DNA from: the human T2T-CHM13v2.0 reference genome, Homo sapiens
Strand: one strand, 5' to 3'
DNA: 64,000 nt
Assembly (NCBI RefSeq): GCF_009914755.1
Contig: NC_060927.1
This document shows, piece by piece, positions 54,578 through 64,000 of the stretch. The notes under the pieces were generated by a model that was not told where the DNA came from, did not search any database, and worked only from the letters and a program-made list of their open reading frames with translations. Position numbers and translations under genes: made by a program. Position 1 is the stretch's first letter. The number at the start of each line of letters is the position of its first letter.

Positions 54578-57194
54578 TTTTTTTTTTTTTTTAATTGATC
54601 ATTCTTGGGTGTTTCTCGCAGAGGGGGATTTGGCAGGGTCACAGGACAATAGTGGAGGGAAGGTCAGCAGATAAACAAGTGAACAAAGGTCTCTGGTTTT
54701 CCTAGGCAGAGGACCCTGCGGCCTTCCGCAGTGTTTGTGTCCCTGGGTACTTGAGATTAGGGAGTGGTGATGACTCTTAACGAGCATGCTGCCTTCAAGC
54801 ATCTGTCTAACAAAGCACATCTTGCACCGCCCTTAATCCATTCAACCCTGAGTGGATACAGCACATGTTTCAGAGAGCACAGGGTTGGGGGTAAGGTCAC
54901 TGATCAACAGGATCCCAAGGCAGAAGAATTTTTCTTAGTACAGAACAAAATGAAAAGTCTCCCATGTCTACCTCTTTCTACACAGACACGGCAACCATCC
55001 GATTTCTCAATCTTTTCCCCACCTTTCCCCCCTTTCTATTCCACAAAACCGCCATTGTCATCATGGCCCGTTCTCAATGAGCTGTTGGGTACACCTCCCA
55101 GACGGGGTGGTGGCCGGGCAGAGGGGCTCCTCACTTCCCAGTAGGCACGGCCAGGCAGAGGCGACCCTCACCTCCCAGACAGGGCGGCTGGCCGGACGGG
55201 GGGCTGACCCCCCCAACCTCCCTCCTGGACGGGGCAGCTGGCCGGGCAGAGGGGCTCCTCACTTCCCAGTAGGGGCGGCCGGGCAGAGGTGCCCCTCACC
55301 TCCGGGACGGGGCGGCTGGCCAGGTAGGGGGCTGACCCCCCCACCTCCCTCCCGGACGGGGCGGCTGGCCGGGTGGGGGGGCTGACCCCCCCACCTCCCT
55401 CCCGGACGGGGCAGCTGGCCGGGTGGGGGGCTGACCCCCCCACCTCCCTCCCAGACGGGGCGGCTGGCCGGGCGGGGGGGCTGACCCCACCACTTCCCTC
55501 CCGGACGGGGCGGCTGGCCGGGCAGAGTGGCTCCTCACTTCCCAGCAGGGGCGGCCGGGCAGAGGCGCCCCTCACTTCCCGGATGGGGCGGCTGGCCGGG
55601 CGGGGGGCTGACCCCCCCCACCTCCCTCCCGGACAGGGCGGCTGGCCGGGCGGGGGGCTGACCCCCCCACCTCCATCCCAGACGGGGCGGCTGGCCGGGT
55701 GGGGGGCTGACCCCCCCACCTCCCTCCCGGACGGAGCGGCTGGCCGGGCAGAGCGGCTCCTCACTTCCCAGTAGGGGTGGCCGGCCAGAGGCGCCCCTCA
55801 CTTCCCGGACGGGGCAGCTGGCCGGGCGGGGGGCTGACCCCCCCACCTCCCTCCCGGACAGGGCGGCTGGCCGGGCGGGGGGCTGACCCCCCCACCTCCC
55901 TCCCAGACGGGGCGGCTGGACGGGCGGGGGGCTGACCCCCCCACCTCCCTCCCAGACGGGGCGGCTGGCCGGGCGGGAGGCTGACCCCCCCCACCTCCCT
56001 CCCGGACGGGGCGACTGGCCGGGCAGAGGGGCTCCTCACTTCCCAGTAGGGGCGGCCGGGCAGAGGCGCCCCACACCTCCCGGACGGGGCGGCTGGCCGG
56101 GCGGGGGGCTGACCCCCCCACCTCCCTCCCTCCCGGACGGGGCAGCTGGCCGGGCGGGGGGCTGACCCCCTCACCTCCCTCCTGGACTGAGTGGCTGGCC
56201 GGGCAGAGGGGCTCCTCACTTCCCAGTAGGGGTGGCCGGGCAGAGGCACCCCTCACCTGCCGGATGGGGCGGCTGGCCGGGCGGGGGGCTGACCCCCCCC
56301 CACCTCCCTCTTGGACGGGGCGGCTGGCCGGGCGGAGACGCTCCTCACTTCCCAGACGGGGTGGCTGCTGGGCGGAGGGGCTCCTCACTTCTCAGACAGG
56401 GCGGCTGCCGGCCGGAGGGGCTCCTCACTTCTCAGACGGGGCGGTTGCCAGGCAGAGGGTCTCCTCACTTCTCAGACGGGGCGGCCGGGCAGAGACGCTC
56501 CTCACATCCCGGACGGGGCGGCAGGGCAGAGGTGCTCCCCACATCTCAGACGATGGGCGGCCGGGCAGAGACGCTCCTCACTTCCCAGATGTGATGGCGG
56601 CCGGGAAGAGGCGCTCCTCACTTCCTAGATGGGATGGCAGCCGGGCAGAGACGCTCCTCACTTTCCAGACTGGGCAGCCAGGCAGAGGGGATCCTCACAT
56701 CCCAGACGATGGGCGGCCAGGCGGAGACGCCCCTCGCTTCCCAGACGGGGTGGCGGCCGGGCAGAGGCTGCAATCTCGGCACTTTGGGAGGCCAAGGCAG
56801 GCTGCTGGGAGGTGGAGGTTGTAGCCAGCCGAGATCACGCCATTGCACTCCAGCCTGGGCACCATTGAGCACTGAGTGAACGAGACTCCGTCTGCAATCC
56901 CGGCACCTCGGGAGGCCGAGGCTGGCGGATCACTCACGGTTAGGAGCTGGAGACCAGCCCGGCCAACACAGCGAAACCTCGTCTCCACCAAAAAAATACG
57001 AAAACCAGTCAAGCGTGGTGGCGCGCGCCTGCAATCGCAGGCACTCGGCAAGCTGAGGCAAGAGAATCAGGCAGGGAGGTTGCAGTGAGCCGAGATGGCA
57101 GCAGTACCGTCCAGCTTCGGCTCGGCATCAGAGGGAGACCGTGGAAAGAGAGGGAGAGGGAGACTCGGGGGAGAGGGAGAGGGAGAGGGAGAGG
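54578..57194 (-). mobile_element. Full-length SVA (SVA_D-like)
   Basis: Poly-T, SINE-R (about 54593-55095), GC-rich VNTR (about 55096-56770), Alu-like domain, (GAGAGG)n hexamers; perfect TSD CAAATCACTTTC 54566-54577 / 57195-57206. Confidence 0.98.
55096..56770. repeat. SVA VNTR
   Basis: Tandem GACGGGGCGGCTGGCCGGGCGGGGGGCTGACCCCCCCACCTCCCTCCCG and GGGCTCCTCACTTCCCAG units. Confidence 0.97.
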
Positions 57195-59361
57195 CAAATC
57201 ACTTTCAACCATGATTGTGATAATTTATATTTACTAGAAATATGCTCATTAATCAATAATATATTGATCAAGTAGCAAAAATGGAAGCAAGTACATTTTC
57301 CCCCAGGTTACTTTCCATTTTAATTTAAGTGAATTTTATATCAGTTAAGTTTTTTTGTTTCTCTTTTAAAATCACAACATACGTCAAAGGTTTATATTGA
57401 TGGTCTAGAAAAAGAGTCAACAGTAATCTAATGACTAAAATTGCAAATCCATCTTCATTTTCACTGACTAGGAGAAATGTGTAATGTCAGTGTTAACGGG
57501 GCATCATATGGAGTTTAAAATAGTAATCAAGTTTTCTGTGAGTTTGGTTATTTGGTTCAATTGTAATTGTTCTATCTTTGTGTACATATCTATAGGGGTA
57601 TCTTCTGAAAAATTCTTATTTCGTTTGCAGCATGGGCAAAAACTGTATTTGAAGATTAATTTAATTACTAACTTTCACATCTTAGGGTTCCCTTAGTACA
57701 AAAGTAGTTGTGGTCCACTTTATTTCACAGTGCTGTTTATACAAGAACCATGTGATGAATTGCATCTTGAATTTAGTTCCTGAAAGTCTGTGCAAGGACT
57801 GTTGCTTGTTTAATTTTGCTGGGTAGTAAAAGATGTGTAACCCTGTGTATTGCCATTTGTGACTTTTCTGTAACAAAAATTTAGTATCTGACTATTGCTG
57901 TTTATTCACCTCAGGAGTATGGTGATATCTTATCCCAAAGCTCCTTTTAGATGTTCTATTTCCTTCATCTTAAATTATCCTCTTTTATATTATGCTGTGA
58001 CCATAGGCCTCTTCAGATTCTTTGTAAGTAGGCTGGGTACATATTTCTAAAAATACGTTTTCTGGTTAATAGTTTGATTTCTATGGAAGTGGTGCAAAGG
58101 AGGAATATCTGAAGCAGAGAATGCATTTGCTTTATATCCGAAAACCCAGAGTCCATTAGAAAAATGTATGGCACCTGGGAGACACTTTGTAAATATCTGT
58201 CCAGTTGAAGTGAATATACCACATAAATCTTTCTTCAAATTTTAAAATTAAGACCTGTCCTGTATTAGTGCCTCTTTGCTTCATATAGCCTCTGCCCTCT
58301 TTTTCATCGTATCAATTTTAAAACAGGTTTTTAGGAACTGTTGTTTATGCCCCAGAGAATTCTGTGAGAGCTTCTGAGCCACAGTGTTCAAGTGACTTGC
58401 CATTTTTTTCTTTCCCTGTTTGGGGGGTGTATGTGTTTTCAGGTGGAGGAGATGGTATCTGTCATCATCAGTGCAGCACATTTATCAAATCCCGTTAATA
58501 CAGCCCAAAGCCAAGACAGAAATGCACACTTCTGTGTAAAGTACTCTCCAAGATTTTTGAATTGAGAAGCAAGTGTCAGAAGTAAATAGAGCCTGGGATG
58601 GGGTGTTGCCTGGGCCTGCCTGATTTGATATAGTACGTAGTGTCTAGCGATTATGTCTCCTCTTTTTCCTCTTCCTTAAGAGCCCCTTAACACAGTGGGA
58701 TATGACTTCCTTTTTAAACAGCATTGACCGCTCCTGCGTCATAGCCAAATTTTCTTCTCTTTCCTTTACTGAAAAGAGAGAAGCTGTTCTACAGCTACGT
58801 ATTTTCTTATTTGAAAAATAAAGGAAAAAAAAAGCTATATTCTTAGTTGTTTCTAAAAATTAAATCCCTTCTTCCTTCTTTAATGGCAAAAATAAATTTA
58901 CTTTAATTCATGAGTATATTTTTATTTCTGTATAACTGTGGCCTCACCCATATCTACATTTCTGTATTTTATGTAAATACTAATCTGTTATCTACCATTA
59001 GTGGGCTTTTGTTTTGAATTGTTTTTCCATGGCAATAGTATATTTTTGTCTTTAAGTTTTTATATTAATTTAAACATGATATAAAGTATATACTAAATAA
59101 CATTTTGAAGAAAAAATCCCACTAGGTCTAATTTCTCCCACACTGCTAATTTCATTAGTGCGTATTACCTTGTACACATATTAAGCATAGTTGTTACTAA
59201 AGGATGTGTTTTGTTTTCTTTAGGGTTAGACTTGTCATGATTCAGCAGTCCCTAACTAATCCATTTTCCTTTGGATTTACAATGCCTAACCAAGTTTAAA
59301 CGTCTATAATTTATGGCCATGGTTCAAAGCAGAGTAAGTGACTCTTGTGGGAATAAAGTCA

Positions 59362-59675
<314 letters not shown>

Positions 59676-60674
59676 AGAACTCTGCTCTAACTCTAACCAA
59701 ATGAGATGGTGAGAATTGTCCACTACTAAGTCAATTTATAATACTAATAATGACCAATTTAAAGTCAGAAGACTTTAATAGGGACAGAGAAATTCTCACT
59801 GTAAAGACCCTTTCTACTTTATCTAGAAAAGTATCCTGAAACATTTATAAGTTATCATTTGAGCACATTCTGATTGTTAATTAATGTGGAATATGCCTAA
59901 TGCTTTCATTGCATTTTGCAGTCACATTTTCAAATGTAATGATTTTGTACGTCAAAGTGGGTCAGCAGCAAATTGTATTTTACTGTATATTATGAAGACA
60001 ATCAAAATATGAAAGATATTTATTTTCAACCATTTAGGTAAATTGTTCTTTACACTCAAGACAGGAAATGGGATAATTCTATGGTTCTGCCAGAAGCTAT
60101 GTTATTATGTCTTTTGGTTCATGAACGCGTGGAGGGTGTTTCTTTACTAATATGCAAAGCTTAAATAACATAGCCCCAGTTGACAGGTGGTGTTACTTAT
60201 TTTTAGTAGAAATGAGGAATAGCCTAAACAGAGCTAATTTGGTTTTTTAAATTCTGATATTTTTAGAGAAGAAATAAGGCTCTAACAATTCTAAGAATAA
60301 GAATAACTTGCCACTAGCTATTTTCACTGGTTCTTCCTTTCCACTTCATTTATTGATTCTGCTTAATAGACTTATAATTGGTTGTAAACTTCTGGAATTT
60401 CAGAGAAATAAGGTTTTATTAAGTAATAAATCATTTCTGTGTTTCTTTGATTAAAAGACTTTCAGTGTGGGCAGAATTGTTAGAGTTTGTTGTTTTTATA
60501 TGGATCTTTTCAGGATTTATCTGTTTGTATTAATCTGCGTGGTTTCTAATCTCTGTAAATTAGAAAATGAGCTGATGATAAATCATAATTGACATGGAAA
60601 GTCAGAAAAAAGAGGATGTCACCAATAGCAAAAAAGGATTATGACTTAAGGGTTATTATTTAAGAATCAGACCT

Positions 60675-60969
<295 letters not shown>

Positions 60970-62430
60970 CTATTATCCCTAACACTAACAATTTCATGAA
61001 TAAATAGATTACTTGAAAGAAGCTAAGATAACTGTTTTCATGAAGTATAAGCACAAGAAGTTTCATTCCCTGATTTCTGGGCATAGGATTGTTATCATTT
61101 TCAAAGAGAATTGTTTGTGGAATTCTTTACTTCTCTTCGTTCAAGTATGTAGTAGCTTGACCTGTATGTTTTAGTTATTTTAGGGCTCAAGAGGCCCTGG
61201 GAAGCATTCTCTGAATTTTAAGGCTGGGAATGGTAGCTCCACTCCGGGTGCCTATAGCTCCCTGGGCATACCTCTATATTAGCTTCTAATTACATTGTCT
61301 TGAAATTATTTATATCTTTCATCTCCACTACATGCTTTTCTAGTACTTCCATAGTACGTGGCCCACAACGCTTAATCATTTTTTATTGAATTGAAGTAAA
61401 CTAAAGGCCAAAATAGAAAACATAAAATAGGCTGTCTTATCTCTGAAGTTAACAGTATACTTGATCAATGTGATATTCGATATTGCACACATAGAAACAT
61501 CAAAGGGTAAAAGAGAGGGAAATTTTTAGCTTATTATTCTTATCTGGTATCATTTTTAGTTTATTTCCTTAGGGAGCTGAGAGGCCTGTATCTCTGTCTA
61601 TGCTTAATTTGTGTACTCCCAATGCTTTTGTCTCCAAAAAGGGACTCTATGAGGAGGACATAGTGTTATTGCCTCTATATTACCTGTGCCCAGGCACTGC
61701 CAAGAGAAGTGAAAACTGTGCAGTTCCTAGGAGATCACCTTTCACTTTATATTAACTTATTCTTAGTAGAAGGCATAGGTGTACTATATTCACCTTTAGT
61801 AAGAGCACATGGGAATTAAGCATGGGATAGTGCACAGTTGTTTCCAGTGGCAGCTGCTGAGGGCTAGGCAAAAGAAACAGACTGGTCATCAACATTGAGG
61901 GAAATGGGACAGTTTTCAATATTCCCGGCAGCCCCTTGGAGATACCAGGAGGAAGAGAACAAAATAAAAAGCTAGTTAATGGAACCATGACATAAGAAGC
62001 CCATAAGTCTGAGCGGCTTTGGGCATGTTATTGGGAGTGGCTAGTGGAGCCAAGACATAGGGAACTCTAGTCTGGGTGGGAGACACCTTGTCCAACCAAT
62101 ATGAACAGGCACAAGGAGCTGTAGGGGGAAAGCAGCCAGCCATCAACCCAACTGAGGAAAAAAAATGACTAGAAATGATGTTGGACTACTTATAGCTTTG
62201 TCGTTGTGGACAACTTTCTTAGCCTCCCTGAGTATTGGGTTTCTTTGTAGAAGGTAGAAGATAGTATCAACATCTCAGAGGAGTTGGGTTCACACAAGGT
62301 AATGCATATGGTTCCCCTAGTGCTGGGCCTGGCACACCATAATTATTCACTATGTTAGTTCCTTCCGGACCCTACAGTTCTAGTGTGAACCACCCCAGAG
62401 ATGAAAGGGCCGCATCCCTAGAGGTTCTTT

Positions 62431-62726
<296 letters not shown>

Positions 62727-63031
62727 CCCTAGGGGTTCTTTAGCTCCTGCATTAGGGATGGTAGAACTGCTTTTAAAACTCTAATGGAGGAAAAGCAAAT
62801 GAGAACCTAACAATTGACCAAAAAGAGAGACCTATTAGAGAAACGTAGGATGGGGATCAAGCTGACGATAGCCCGTCAAGTGTACCAGGAGTCCTTGTTA
62901 CATACAGCTCCTAAATATTTGGTATACCTAATACATGTTTATGATTTACAGTTCATCTATCTCTTTGCTTTATAAATAGAGAAGCCATTTGATATAGAAA
63001 GCTATGTATTTTTAAGAGGAACTAGAGGAAG

Positions 63032-63082
63032 AAGTCTGACATTTATGGGGTCTGGGTGCCAGACCCCATAAATGTCAGACTT
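63032..63082. repeat. Perfect inverted repeat, 24-bp arms, 3-nt loop
   Basis: AAGTCTGACATTTATGGGGTCTGG-GTG-CCAGACCCCATAAATGTCAGACTT. Confidence 0.97.
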
Positions 63083-63280
63083 TTTTTTCCTGTACCTTCA
63101 TTATTTTATTTGACTTTCACAGCAACCTTGTAGAATAAATTATTATCCTTGTGTAACGGAAGAGGAAATCGAGGCCAAGAGAGGACAACTGAGTAGCCTG
63201 AGGTCATCAGCTCCTAGCAGGCAGAGCCAGACGTGGACCCAGGTCTGTCAGGTGTTAATGACAGTGCTCTTTATTGGCCC
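63035..63280 (-). mobile_element. MIR
   Basis: TCACAGCAACCTTG...ATTATTATCC...GAGGAAATCGAGGC...CCTGAGGTCA...GGCAGAGCCAG...ACCCAGGTCTGTC. Confidence 0.75.
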
Positions 63281-64000
63281 ACATTTGCTGAAATTCAGAA
63301 ACGCTTCCTAGCAGGAGAGGTTTGAAGAGCAGGCACAGCAGCCCCTCTGCACTGTGAGTGCTTGGAAGGCCAGGGCTGAGTTCTGCTTGGTAACCCCAGA
63401 GCCCAGGAACATCTGGCATGTGGCAGTCTTTTCAGTAAATATTTACTGAATGAAAGTCACAAGTTAAGGTAGAAAACTATTTCAGACAGTGATAGATTGT
63501 CAGCAGTATGAAATTTATCATCTTTACAACATTGTTGAATTACTGAAAAATACGTGACATTTATTAATACAGGCTCTACTCAAGTGGCTCTCCAGCAGTT
63601 CAAAGATCTGTGTTTAGAATTGGACAATACATGAAAAACTGACACTAAATAAGATTCAAAATATGCCAGTAAGTTTTCTAATGACTAAAGAGACAAATGC
63701 TGCCTTTGGAGAAAAGTAAACTGATCACAAGCCTAAAAGTATATTTTAAAAAGTAATGTGATATAAATTTTGATTCACGTATTCTCTTCTTTTCTCTCAA
63801 AGTTTAAATGTTTGAAAGTTACCATTATGGAGATTATAAAAAGCACTATTTGTCTTTTACTAAATGTAAAGGACAGCACAAACAACTTTCAATAGATGGA
63901 AAATTAAAGTAAATGTAATAATTTAAAAAGTAAATATACTATGCCAGTTCTTGGCCAAATAAATGAAGCTATTAGCTGTGTGCTTTATAAGGATTTTGAT

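Noticed and set aside
54599-57212. Many overlapping 70-198 aa Pro/Gly/Arg-rich ORFs
   Set aside because: Translations of the SVA VNTR, SINE-R and Alu-like domains; stop-poor GC repeat, not genes.
58444-58535. Possible cassette exon after TGTTTTCAG
   Set aside because: Weak donor and no recognisable peptide in any frame.

Overview
Primate non-coding genomic DNA. The SVA_D-like insertion and AluY copies point to human or another African great ape. No protein-coding exon of a host gene can be confidently identified, and most long ORFs in the track come from Alu, L1 or SVA. The window contains nine Alus, a TSD-flanked full-length antisense SVA (54578-57194) and a cluster of four antisense L1PA elements at 29.2-48.7 kb. 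That cluster is one 4.2 kb element covering all of ORF2 plus a three-layer nest that includes a twin-primed insertion. There are also MaLR/ERVL solo LTRs, MER20/hAT MITEs and many old MIR, L2 and L1M fragments. The antisense bias of the large insertions suggests an intron of a + strand gene. Most notable observations: (1) the four independently inserted L1s share short patches of non-consensus variants, which looks like local ectopic gene conversion (or an assembly artefact); (2) a perfect 24-bp-arm palindrome built from a MIR tail, a candidate template-switch hairpin; (3) a 47-bp non-TE duplicon with copies 1.13 kb apart; (4) a possible ancient Ingi/Vingi-type LINE relic behind a splice acceptor; (5) a candidate alternative first exon near 8.4-8.5 kb. 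Subfamily calls and consensus comparisons are from memory and need RepeatMasker/Dfam confirmation. Boundaries of old repeats are approximate.
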